Below, piece after piece: positions 11,090-24,185 of a DNA stretch of 64,000 nt (position 1 is its first letter; every line of letters starts with the position of its first letter). The notes under the pieces were generated by a model. That model had not been told where the DNA came from. It did not search any database and worked only from the letters and a program-made list of their open reading frames with translations. This stretch comes from Sphagnum compactum. Lineage: Eukaryota. The stretch is taken from contig OZ234493.1 in assembly GCA_965153455.1 (NCBI GenBank), positions 14,126,213 to 14,190,212 of the forward strand, written 5' to 3'. The position numbers and the translations under genes are program-made.

Positions 11090-14000
11090 ATGGACGTAGC
11101 AGCAGCAGCAGTGCATGTGCCTGCCATGCACTTCTCTCTCCCCGCGTCCTCGCGCTTGCACCCATTGCTGCTTCTCCCCACAGGAGCGTCGTCCTCCTTG
11201 CTGACCTCCACTTGCGCCGCAATCTCTCGAGGATTGCCCGTTCATCATGGTCTAGGGCGGACTGCTGTCCTCGTCGGGGGCTGCTGGGGACGACGAGTAT
11301 TCCCTCGCTTTTGGAGCGTGGTGATCACCAACCCCAAGGATCCTTTCCTAGCCGCAAGGAATGTCGGCTCCACTGCAGCGGTAGCCTCGGCGTCCGGTGC
11401 CGCTAGCTCTGCTTCTGGTTCAAGGAACGCGAATGTGGTCAGACGCTGGCGACCATCCACAGTCGTCGCAGGTGGTGAGTTTCTCCTCCGTTGTATGTAT
11501 GTGGGTTGTGTTTCTTTTGTGTTTTGGTCGCAACCGACACCTTCAAAACCCTAGACATTGTGGAGTTTTTCTTTCTCTGCAGTCATCACATAGATATGTA
11601 CTTGGACTAGCAGCAGCAACAACAACAACAAACTGTCCATCATCCTGAACTGTTCTGTTTTCTCTTCAATAGGTGATCTTGAAGGAGAGAGTTCAGCTGC
11701 TGCGAAGTCTCAGAGAAGTGGTGAAAGGGAAGAAGATTCTTTGCACACAAGTTCACAGGAGAAAAAAAGAGAGGGATACAGCAAAGCTGATAAAGCAGCT
11801 AGGAGCAACTCAGTTACAGCTGATGCTGGGAAGGGTGGTGGTGCATTCAACAAATTCAGAACCAAGTACCAGGCTTCTGCAATTGGACAGACCAAGTCGT
11901 ATTCTTCTTCAACTTGCAGCACACAACAACGTTCTTCTGGTGGAGGTCGTCGCACTTATGTCTCTGGCAGTAAATTCCTTAGTTCTGGTACACATGCAAA
12001 ACACATCTCTAGTGATGAAAAACTTGGTGCAGTTTCTTTTCATAAGAAAGAGAAAAAGGGTGGTGGCATTTTCATCACACATTGGCAAGTAGAAATCGGC
12101 TCACAATTTCTGATTGGAATGCCAGGTGCACATGTTTAGTCAATGCCTTTCATGATGCTGTCAAAGATCTCTGAACATGTGTGTGATTGTACAGTCAGTT
12201 ACACTTTGTTGGATGACACTGAGGCAGGACAATGCTGTGGGTTGTTACAGTGAGCTTGCAGGAAACAGTCAGTAAGAGCCGTTTGGCTCAGGAACACGAG
12301 GAGAAGATGCAGAATGGGGGTGATAGTCGCAAGCGAACTGGACCCAATATGAAGCCTGGAGTTATGGAGGAACCTAAAGTCAAGAGGAGAAAAGATCCAG
12401 CAGCATCTGACCTGCGACACTCGCTTGACATGTGCTCCAAGCATGCAAACGTCATGCAGGCACTTGAGCTTTATGACAAGGTGGTGGCAGAAGGGGCTCT
12501 GAGTTTCAACCAGTATAGTTTCAACGTTGTTTTGTATCTTTGCTCATCAGCTGCCACAGGTGTACTGAAGCGAGGGAAGAGCGGCAATGAGCGCAGTCAG
12601 CAAGGTCTTTGGTTGCTACCTTGCAGAAATTTAATGTTGGATTTCTAGTATTACTATTGGATGGAGTTGCCAAATTTGACACTTGTGAATCAGTTCCTTA
12701 CTGCACTCTTGAGACAAAGACACTCAGCAAGTTGTCAGTCATGGTATGCTGACATGCACACAAACGATAGCTGTTGCTAGAAGGATGTCTGGCAATACAT
12801 GAGAAGTCTAGTTGTCATGAGTTTAGAAGATGATGAACACAACCAGAAGCAATGGGGCTTGTGTTACCCAGCAGTTATGGACTTATGCTTACTGCTGACC
12901 TTTACAGGTGATGGAAAGGAACTGATTGGTGATCAAAATGCTGAAGAAGTTGTAGTTCTCTCAGATGATCAGAAAGCGTTGTGCTTGAAACGAGGTTTTG
13001 AGATTTATGAGGTAATGAAGTTGCAAGGGGTGCCACCTAATGAAGCCACTTTCACTGCTGTTGCCCGCTTGGCTGTTGCCAAAGGAGATGGGGATCTTGC
13101 CTTTGATATGGTCAAGCAGATGGCTGAGGCAAAGATCACTCCCAGGTAGAATATCTCCTGGTGCCTTAAATGTTTCATTATCTCTTGTATTTGATTGTTT
13201 GAGAGTCATCCATTGTGAGATCTGCCATATGATCATATCTCATTCTGCACTTTTCTGAAGTTGTCTGTCTGTACACTTCAGTTTTCTTTAAGCCATTCCT
13301 TGTGTAATGGGCACTGCATAGACGTGTAGAGACTGATTGCATGTTTCATGATTCTCTTAACCAGTAGAAGCTTATGTTTACTGCCTGCTTCTGAGCATCT
13401 TGTCATCTCTTTTATGCAGTATTTGAATTTGTGGTTTTTTCAGACTTAGGTCATACGGCCCAGCTCTTTACACTTACTGCAAAATGAAGGTTGTGGACAA
13501 GGCATTTGAGGTTGATGAGCACATGCGTGCAGCCGGTGTTCAACCAGAAGAAGCTGAATTGGAAGCCCTGCTGAAACTAAGTGTTGAAATGGGCTTAGAA
13601 GAAAAAGTGTACAGTTTACTCCATAGACTTCGCACCACTGTGAGAGAGTTTTCAGCATCAACAGTTGGAGTGGTGGAGCAGTGGTTTACTAGCAGTGCTG
13701 CTGAAAATGCTGGAAAATCAAAATGGGCAAACTTACCAGGAACAGATCTGGTGAAGGAAGCTGTGCAAAGGGGGGGAGGTGGCTGGCATGGGTTGGGATG
13801 GCTTGGAAAGGGATCATGGGAAGTAAAATCTAGCCAGCTTGACAAAGAAGGTGTATGTCAAACTTGTGGGGAGCATCTTGTGACTATTGACATTGATCCG
13901 AGAGAAACAGAGATGTTTGCAGAGTCCTTGTTCACATTGGCGTGTCAGCGGGAGGCCAAGAATAACGAGTTTAGAAAGTTTCAGGTGAGATTATGTGCTG

Positions 14001-16958
14001 TCTACATAGGTGGATTATAGCTTGACAGTCATCAGTCAGTGACGGAAGATATCATGCTTATGCTAGGGGACTTGGAAGTGTGGGTTATGATTGCTGGAGT
14101 GTTTTTGTGCTCAAATGGGAATACACAGGCTTGGCTTGATCGGCATGGCCCATTTGATGCCATTGTGGATGCTGCAAATGTAGGACTTTATAACCAAAAC
14201 TTTGGGGATGGAGGCTTCAATTTTTTTCAGGTAAACTTATGTCTACCTTATTTCCATGCTTGCAGCTTGCTTCAATTTAAGATTATATGAGATTATGAAG
14301 CTTGATGCTGTTGGCACAATTGAGGTACAAACAAAAATCAAAACTGTCCATAAAAAACCATTGATACATGCGGTGCATGACAATGCACAAAGAATGACGA
14401 GTGTCCACAAGTAGCATGTGTTCAGTTATCTCATGTTTTTGTTGAGCTTCTCTCCATGATCACATTGATGTATGTGTAGTGGATTGAGTCTGAGCTAGTG
14501 TCCTATGACTTGCATGCATTCACCATGCTAGCGGGTATCATTTTATGGCATTTCAGTCTTACCAGTTATTTCTACAGCTGATATTTGCAGCTAAGGTCTG
14601 AGAGAGCAAGTTGGTTTGTTAGAAATTTCTCAAGTTTAATATGGAGGAGCAGGGCTTCCAGTTTTTTTGAAACCGGATGTCTGATGTTTCTTCGATGTGC
14701 AGCTCAATGCTGTGGTAAATGGTATCCAGAAGAAGATTGGTTCCAAAAGAGAACCTCTTGTACTATTGCATCATAGACGTACCAAAGGGGGTGCTGCTGC
14801 TACACCAAATGCTTTGAGCTTGCTGAACCGATGGCAAAATGCAAACTGCATCTACACTACACCAACTGGCTCTAATGATGATTGGTATGTGCCAAGCTGG
14901 ACTAGTAAGTGGCAAAGTTGTACACTGATCCTCTGTGTAATTTGGTCTCTGTTACATTATTTTATGTGCATTTTGATGCTGTTGATGTAATTGTAATTTT
15001 GAACAAATTTAGATGAATGTGAACTGTTACTTTTGAAGAATGAAACCTGTAATGCATTTATGACATCTCACATTGGTTTGTTTCTCATTTTTCATAATTG
15101 ATAGTGTGGGATTGTTGTACATAAGACAGCCAAATAATTTTTGTTGTGAATCTGTAATTGCACAGTGATGGTTGGACTGATGATAGCCTTTTCAATGGCA
15201 CACCCTGCAGGTACTGGCTGTATGCAGCAGTAAGGTACAAGTGTTTGCTTGTCACTAATGATGAGATGCGGGATCATTTGTTCCAGCTGCTTGGGAATGA
15301 GTTCTTTCCCAAGTGGAAGGAGCGCCACCAGGTGGGATGTTGTCAGCTTCGAAGAGAGATCCAATTTGTCAGATTTTTTGTCTGGTCCATTTGGGGAATG
15401 GAATAATTGACTTATTTTATGTTTCTCTGCTGGATTTTGCCAGGTCCGCTTCACTCTAAACAGGAAGGATCCAGTATTTCACATGCCCCCACCATATTCT
15501 ATTGTGATCCAGGTGGGTCCAAAAAGCTACAGAACAACACCCCCCCAAAACAGGGTGTCTTGATGATATGTGAAGAGTGTCTGTCACAACAGTCAGAAGC
15601 TTCTGAAGTTAGTGGGGAGTCATGGCAGCCAGTCAGTGATATTGATGGTGAAGGAGATACTGTGTGTGAGTCACACATAGTCTTGGTGATGTATAAGTTT
15701 GTACTCCTCAATATGTGTTCTTATTGTATTTTGGCTAAGCATCAGGCAAATAGCCCAAGTAGTTGGAACTAATGGCTACCTTGCATATGGTGGCGTGGGT
15801 TCAAATCACCACTAGAGCATGGTAGATGTAACCTAATATATAGCAACCCAACTATAATAGGGATCACAGGGTCAGCTGATTGCTGAAAACCATGTGGGTA
15901 CATGGGGTCAAATCTTGGGGGAGGGTTGGGCAACTGCATCGTCCGTAGTACTGGAGTTTTGAATGTGATCACCACTGAAATGAAACAGTAGCCTGTGAGC
16001 TGTCATGCAGGTTAATGATCACTCAGACTAGATGCCTCCATTTTTTCCTTGTTTGCCATGCATGTTGCCTAGTCTTTGCATCTGACAAGGCAATGTTTGA
16101 TAAGCTATTTTGTTTGCGAAAGAGGCTCCCTATTTTTCTGGCTTCCTCAACTATGTGGTGGTGCTTCAGGAATCGGAAACAGGATCATGGCACATACCCA
16201 AGAGTGGTGGTGATGACATCACAACACCACGGGAATGGCTCTGTGTAACTAGAACTGGGCAAGTAGGTCTGAAAACTCTTCAGTCTGAGCAAGCATCAGA
16301 AAGCTTGAATTCAAGGCCTAAAGTGGATAGTGAGTTTGGGCCAGTTAGCCTGACCTGCCCACCCCAGAAAGTGGAGGTTCCAGAGCTTGAAGAGCAGCAA
16401 ACTTCTTCAAAGGGAGTATGTCCGCCAAACTTGCTGCAGTCCTTCAAAAGTCTCGACACTGAAGTAGTGCAAGAAAGTTTAAACACAAAGCCTGAAGTGG
16501 AGGATGAGTACAAGCCTGAGGATCCAGAACCATCTTCTCCAAAGAAAGTTCGGTCACCAAGGAGATCATTCATGTCCAAACCATTAGAAAGTTCAGGCAG
16601 AAAGTCTGAATTGGATGAAGTGTGCATGCCAGTTGGCCTGATTTCCCCACCACTGGAAGTTGAGGTTAAAGAGCCTGAAGAGCAGCCTTCTCCAAAGAAA
16701 GTACGATCACCAAGGAAATCTCATGTGACCAAATTGTCAGAAAGTTCAAGGCCTGAATTGGTTGTGGAGTGCAGGCCAGGTGGCCTGATCTCCTCAGCAG
16801 AGAGAGGAGAGGTTCCAGAGCCTGAAGAGCAGTCTCCTTCTCCAACCAAAGTCCGTTCAACAAGGAGATCTGGCTCACCCAATTCCTCAACACTTCTGCA
16901 GAAGCTCAAGACTGCAGAGAGAACTTGTACTGAAAAACCAATTGATTTTCAGATTTGA
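11090..16958 (+). CDS. PRORP: Proteinaceous RNase P (PPR + Zn-binding + NYN metallonuclease). Exons approx. 11090-11474, 11673-~12000/12090, ~12255-12604, 12908-13145, 13444-13984, 14129-14230, 14703-14884, 15211-15331, 15444-15512, 16170-16958
   Basis: Diagnostic motifs LDMCSK, PNEATFTAVARLA, PRLRSYGPAL, GGGWHGLGWLGKG, CQTC, DAIVDAANVG, TPTGSNDDWYWLYAA, VTNDEMRDH, KWKERHQV, MPPPYSIVIQES..GSWHIP. GT-AG junctions are phase-consistent, except the exon 2/3 boundary, which is uncertain. The Ala/Ser/Arg-rich N-terminus looks like a transit peptide. Confidence 0.93.
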
Positions 16959-17013
16959 TAAGTCATAGACTCTGTTTGATACTCTGTTTTGCCAGAGCAT
17001 AGGGCTGCTAATG

Positions 17014-17138
17014 AATATTTGTCTGTGTCTTAGATGCAAGAGGAGAGTGTAACCTTTGAGAAGAGGGAGATTGCTAGTGGATATTTGTCTGAGTCTTAGA
17101 TGCAAGAGGAGGGTGTAACCTTTGAGAAGAGGGAGATT
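17014..17138 (+). repeat. ~67-bp tandem duplication in the PRORP 3' UTR
   Basis: ATATTTGTCTG(T/A)GTCTTAGATGCAAGAGGAG..GTGTAACCTTTGAGAAGAGGGAGATT occurs twice. Confidence 0.9.
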
Positions 17139-18249
17139 TCCTCACTTACACATGTAAACCATTTGGAGGGCAGTGGTGGGCACTTGAATTCCATTTTCTG
17201 CTTTTCTTTTTAGGTCTTGTCTCGCTAATCATGTGATTGCTTGGACCTGTGCATTTGAATAGGGAAATTTACTTTACTCCGATTTGTTTCCCGACATAGC
17301 TGGCCTCATTCTCTTGTCAAATTGTCTGGACAAAGCACAGTTTTGGCAGCTGTATAGAATCCTGAAAGCATGTCATGCTGGGGTGCTTGCAGGTAAGTGG
17401 GTCTTTGGTTCAAAGTTCAAACCCGAAAACAGGAAGAGGAGTAGGACATATGTCCTGGCCTCAGTTATTTCAAAGACATGTCTTTGGTACCCTTTTGGGT
17501 ACAAAGTGATTGTATGCATTGTTCCTGATTGTGTGAGCAAGTGTGTACTCAAAACTAGATCCCACAAAACTGGATTCCCACTGGTATACTCAATGTGTAC
17601 TCCTACTTCCCCTCGCACTTTCTATGTAAGAATGTACTCGGAATGTAAATGTCTATTATGTAGGTAGCTAATGAGGTAAGGAACTTGATGGCTACAAGGC
17701 ATGTCAATTGGTAGTGCATAGTTAACCACCATGGTTAGAGCCATAGTTGAAATTCCTTGAGGTTACAATCTTCCAAACCAAACCCTATAATCTTTGCTGG
17801 GGTTTATAGGTAATATCCAGACATTATAACTGGGAATCGCAAAACTCAAATAGGTAGTTTGTAACCAGTGCTTTTCTTTTGGGTGGAAGTTTGCATTAAT
17901 TTGACCTGAATTTTGGCTGGTGAATCACAAAAGGCTATGTAATGAAAAAGTGGCTCTAAATCACAGAAGGGTCAAAAAGAAACTTTCAATGTTGCCATGA
18001 CAAGGACAATAGGAGGACATGTATTGCCTCCGTGCCATTGAGGGAAATTCCTCATTTCACAAATGACACACCCATTTTGAACATGATCTTTGCCTTAATG
18101 GCCATTGATTTGAACCAAAGACCCACTTACCTGCAACCTTAATGCATTCCCTGAAACTTGTTTCACTAGTTTATTGTCTCTCTCTAACCTATTTTTCACT
18201 AGGAATGTGAAAGCACACTATAGTATGAACACCAAGACTCAGTTGAAAG

Positions 18250-20700
18250 TGCAAGCCTCATTGCCTCAAAGCTCTAGCAACAAAGTCTAGTTTACAATTT
18301 GTTAATTGTTTAGGGTCTAGGATCTTTGTTGCACAACGCATGTGCATCATGCACTTTGAATTTGCAACAATTGGAATTTGGTGTTCGTTCCTTCATGCAT
18401 GTTTTTCTATCAATTTGGCCAATCAATATTAGAGTTGTCGAAATCGAGCTATTGCTTGCAAGTTGTCAACAAGGTGGTGTTTCAACGATTATTGCTCAAT
18501 GTTCAAATTTCTAAACCCTCAAGGATTGTTCATTTCATGGTCTTGAATCTTGATTCTTTAAATGTGCTTGACGATTGCCTTTGTTCATCTTGTTCATACT
18601 AATAACTTCATTTGTTTAACTATGTATCCACTTGTCAGGAAAGACCAATTTGTTGGAACTTTGCAATTCAACTTCTATAAGTATTTGTTGTAATTCAAAC
18701 CTCCTAGTTCACATTATTATTATTTTAAATGTTTAATTATGTGTGTTTTGTGGTGTGGAGCACCTTGATGCTCCTTGGTTTTGTGTAGTTTGCATTATGT
18801 ATGTTATATGTGCACAAATTACAACTCCTTGGCATTTGCAATTGTGTAATGTGTGTACATTATGTGTGCAATGTATTGGCATGCTTGTGTGACTTGTCTA
18901 AACAACACTAGATAGACTTGGAATTGTGTGTATTTTGTAATGTACTTCAATGTGCCTTGCTTATGTGCACTATCTACATTGTGAGTGTGCAAGTTGTGAC
19001 TCATCAACATTTGCAATTGTGCAATGTGTGCACATTGCATGTATAGCATGTATAAATTGTTTGTGTGCTTATGTGACTTGTTTAGACTCCAAAAAAGATT
19101 GGATACACTTGGAATTTCAAACACATTTTGTTTGAATAACATTGCATACACTTGAACCTTGTTGCACATCTAGAATTTAGATTCTACTTTTGAGGTGGGC
19201 CTTTTGAACTTTTTATTGAACCTCCAAAGTTTAAAATCAAATTTGTTACTTTTGAATTTGTGCTTTGGGAATTGTTCTAAACATTTGGTTTTAACCATGT
19301 TTTTATGCCTTCAAATTCCAAATCGTTTTAAGTACAAGTGGTTCTTTACTTGCACCCATTGGGTCTTTTGCAATGTACTTGAATGTAGTAACATTGGTGC
19401 ACAAAGAAATCATATGCCTAACCTTAAATTGTAGATATTCCACCTTTAAATTGTGACATGAACATTTCCTTTCTTTTGAACCTTTTAAAACCCAAGTTGT
19501 TATTGAAGATGGGTTTACCTTACAAGGCTTCAAATTTGGAATTAAAGTTCAAGTCCAACACCAATAGGCTTCATTTGTCATTGGTGTGCATTGTATTGTT
19601 CATTGGACAAATTTTGCAATATAAACCTTTTCAAACCTACCTTTAGTGTTTCACATTAAGGTTTTTTACAATGTTTGCATATTTATTTTAGACATAGTTT
19701 CAAGATACATTTGGAGTTTATTAAATTGGTAAAAATCAATGAAATGAAGGACTACAAAAGATTGTGGGAACATCCAAACTAAATGGATATCCATGATTAG
19801 GCTTGTCAAACATGTGTTGTTTAAATATCACATTCTTTTCATGATGACATTGGATGCACCCATAATAGCCTTTACCAAATCTAACTTGTGTTTGTTGATC
19901 GATGTAGAAATATTGTTAGGGTTTGAATGTGATTATGTGATTCTTGAAAGCAATCCATTTTTTAATCAAAATTGCAAAACTATGTGACATTTTTTAATGT
20001 GATTTCATAACAATCGTCAAAATTTGTGAAGGGGAGGTATATTGGATGTATTGTGACAACCACTTTGGTTTCCAAAGTGATCATTCTTTGATCAATTTTG
20101 CTCATGAGAACATAACTTTTCATTGGATGACAAATTTTAATATAGGAACAAATCAATTGGCTTTTGAGCTCGTTGGGCATCATATTTGAGCCACATTTGT
20201 AGATTAGATGAAGGTAGTTGGTTTTGTTACAAAATATGTGTATGAAAACATTGTGACATTTGTGGAACAACAATGTGTAAAAGCTACCAGTAAGTTTATT
20301 ATAAAGTTGTAAGACTAATTCCTAGCCCAAGATTTGATGGGTGCATTTGGGGTTGTGTATTTTCAATCTTGGTTGCAACCAAAACCTAAAGTAAGGTTTG
20401 TTGCTAATTTTGCAATTTTCAAAGTTACCCATGAAGAACAATGTTGAATTAACAATACAAAAACCATTTGATATGGACCCACCTACCAAGTTGCGGAGGA
20501 TTTTTTTCTCATCACAAATTCTAGAATAAAAAATCCTTAAAAGTTTTTCACCATGCATATTTCTTTTTTGGAGTAACAATTTAAAATTGGAACGAAAGTA
20601 GAACCTAGTATGGTGTGGAAGCTTGAAATTGGATTTAAATTTTACAACTGCCTTTTGCATGATCCATGCGTTTTTGGATATGGTGATTTCATAAACATAA
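18250..20700 (+). mobile_element. Highly degenerate hAT-like DNA transposon relic
   Basis: The ~19680-19930 segment translates with frameshifts to YF.HS.K.HLEF.KL...WISMIRLVKHVL..Y.....SNLCLLIDVEILLG, similar to the hAT TRW-motif region. AT-rich, many stops; boundaries approximate. Confidence 0.45.
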
Positions 20701-23700
20701 AGCACCATCATTTTTCCTTTTTGTATTTTTAGTACCCTCTCTTGGCTGAAAAAATTCTTTGATAGCCTATCAAAAATAACTTACATGGGGCACAAGGTAC
20801 TTGCCGGGCTGTTTTTTTAATTTAAAATTTAATTCTTTTCTTTTTTTATTTTTATTTTTCTTTTAAATTTTTATAATAAATAGTTTTATTTTTCTGTAAT
20901 TACTATTAAGCAATTACATTTTTTAAAAATGTCCATTTTTTATTCATTTAACTAATTCAATTCTCCATTTTTTTTTCTTATATATGTATATATATATTTA
21001 CAATTATTTCTACAATGTTTCATTTCTATTTCAGGGTATGAAAATATTCTTCAAAGGCAACAAAACTTCAAAGCAAAATAGATAGAAACAAAATCCTTTA
21101 ATTTGTCAAAGTGGCAAAATTACAAATTCAACATCATAAGGTCAAAATATCGAATCTATAGTCAAATGTTAAAATCAAATGCAAAAAGGATTCATAAGAG
21201 GAAAGTTATGAATCACCTATTGAAATCAAATGTTCATCCATAAAATGAAATGTTGTGGATTAGTTCTTTCAATGTTCATGTGTCTTGGATACCATTCATT
21301 TAATCCCCTTTCGTGAGCAAACACCATGGCAACCCCAACTCCCAACAACCCAACACAAGACCTTGGGCATCTTCATGGATCGAAGACATTAACCTAATTT
21401 TTACATCCTTCCCACAACTTTTCTCCCTAATCCTCTATTATGCAAGTGTTACAAATAATAATCAAAAGTTATCAAATGAAGTTTGTCAAAAGTATGAAAC
21501 ATCCAAAAATGAACCAAAATTAAATCTTATCTCCTACATTTGGTATTCCTAACTAGCTTGGAAAAGAGTTAGGATCAACTACATATGTAATGTTAATAGG
21601 GCAATTCTGCAAATGATTAAAGACATGGTTGGAAGTAGTGTTAACATTCATTATCTCAAGAGGGTGACGCAAAAAAATGGTATCCAACCGATCCTTATAC
21701 TTGTGTAGTTCTTTCTCAAACATGGTGTTCCAAAATGAATCTCTTAAATCCATCACAAATCTAGATCCGCCAAATTCGCCAATGCCAAGAATCTCCAACT
21801 TGCACCACATTCTTCCTTCAATCCATAGAACCAACACCAAATGCCAAAAACTTGACTAGCAATCTTCTCCTGATTAATAGAGCCAATGTTACTAATCAAC
21901 AATAACATTATATCTAGAATATGGAACCCTAGTAATGATGTCAAAAAGAGGTCTTCCAAATGTAATAACAATGGAAGAATCATGAACTCAAAGTACAGGA
22001 GAACCTCCAACCACACCATCAGACACGACGCCAATACTACCAACAATCATAGCACTAGTAACACCAAAAATATCAAAATGCCTTTCTCCAACAAAATCAT
22101 TATAAACCTCCAAAATCAAAAATTATATAAAGAAAGAAAACACACAAAAAACTAGAAACAAAAGATAATAAGTCACTTACCATTTCATCCACCTACATTA
22201 GTATTTTCATACGTAACCTTCTCCTCGCTGAAAACCTCTTCAAAATGCAGTGATCAACCAAATCTGAACTCACTAGAAATAATCTACTACATCGCTTTAT
22301 GACGTAATGCTTGTCAATCTAGTTATACCTACAAAAACAAGTTGCCACTTCAAAAAAACATCAAACAAATTCAAATTAAAAAAAGGTTCAGAAACTTACT
22401 TGCCATATGAAATAGGGTCCATGTGGCCTATTACCTCCACACCATATTCACAAGGTACAAGTGCCTCTTCCATTCTTGTAATTCCAACACCTCGGCTAGT
22501 CTTGTTTGACAACATTTTTTTGCATAAATCATGGACATTGATAGTTAACTTGTCCAAAATCAAACAAAGTTAATTATAACCAATACGAATAGTCATAAAC
22601 CATACCTCATCAGAAGCCTTCCACTTAGGACGTCCATGTTTAAAACGTAGAAATAGTGGATGTGGACCTAATTTTTCACCAGACCACTGATGTAAACGTT
22701 AATGAACAAGTTTTAAGAAGTCTCAATCACATCAGAAATTGGGCAATCAATTACAGGTCAATGCCAATTTGTAGAACAACAAGATATGTCTATTTTCAAG
22801 TTTTTGGAAATGCATCGACAAAACCTTATAACAATGTTAGTTGGTAAAAACAACAAACCAAACTCATCAAAATCCACAATGCAAAATTTAGAACACCCTT
22901 TTATGAAAAACAAATGCATGCAAAAATATTCAAATCGCTGGTTTAAGCCAAATGGGAAGGTAGGCTAATACATTGTTTGTGCCAGCATTCTGCATTTTTT
23001 TTTAATAGACAAAACATCTGATTTTTTGATAGTTTTACTAAGACCTGCTATTGAAAATCACAAACCTACTTCATCACCAACAACTTTCACTCGCTGATAC
23101 CTTGCATCTATGAAGATATTAAATGGAATAATAAATGTTTTACCTAATTCCACAATGCATTATTATTGCCTTAGCCTTATCAGATGTCCAATTTACCTCT
23201 TGTAAAATTGGATACTTCAAAAAGAAAAAAAATCAAAATGTAAACAACATGACTCCTAAAAAATAGAAAAACTAATTAAAACAATAAATAATAATTGGAA
23301 AGTTAAAAATAATAAAGAAAATAATTAGGTTTAGGGTTTTAAATTTAGGTTCAAAGTCATAGCAACTACAACATAGAAGGTGGCAACACACCTTACATAA
23401 CTCAACAAACTTTAAAATAATAAATCAAAACAAAAAAAAGGTGGAAGCAAAAAAAATGTTGTGATTTATGTAGAAGAAAGTTTTGTTTGATTTTCCAAGT
23501 AGAAAAACTACAAAGGCAAAAAATAATTAAAATGAAAAAAACCTATAAAAATTTATTTACACAAGTTTAGGATTTGGGAAATTTTCATAAAACCCTAAAA
23601 CACAATTGCAAAAAACAAAACAATAATTTAATTTAAAACATAGGTGGGTAAAAGTTACCTAGTTGGAAGATACATGTTACCATCTTTTTTTACAACTTGC

Positions 23701-23989
23701 AAAACAAAAGATGAAAGCATATCAACCAGATCTTTTATAAAAGATTCATCTTTTGAAAGATATGTGATTGATCTTGTTGTATCAAAACCATGAAAAACTT
23801 TCTAATCATCAAATGCATTTTTCGCCCAAATTTCAACGTGCTTGTTGATTCTCTGACCTTTGTTTACAATTTCAACATCCCTCTCATCAAAATCTAAAAA
23901 ACAATTTTTTAGAGGAAGATCCCTAATAAAAAAATCATGGTTTGTCCTTTCCCCACCATGAAGTCTTAGGTAATAGTCAACTGATAATC

Positions 23990-24185
23990 ATATGGACAAG
24001 AAACACAGACAAAGGTAGGACAGAAGATGGAATCAGATGCAAAACACACACTCACAGAAGTAAGAGATAGAACGGAATCAAATGTACAAGACACAATAAC
24101 ATAAGTAAGACAAAGAATGGAATTAGATGAAGAAGACACATTGACAGAAGTGAGACAAAGAACAAAATTAGATGTAGAAGAAACA
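23990..24185 (-). repeat. ~42-bp tandem repeats (14-aa S.S.SILCLT.V.V units) inside the Crypton-like element
   Basis: Periodic in ORF 23966-24490. Further 42-bp (24614-24701) and ~60-bp (25150-25380) tandem repeats lie nearby. Confidence 0.7.
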
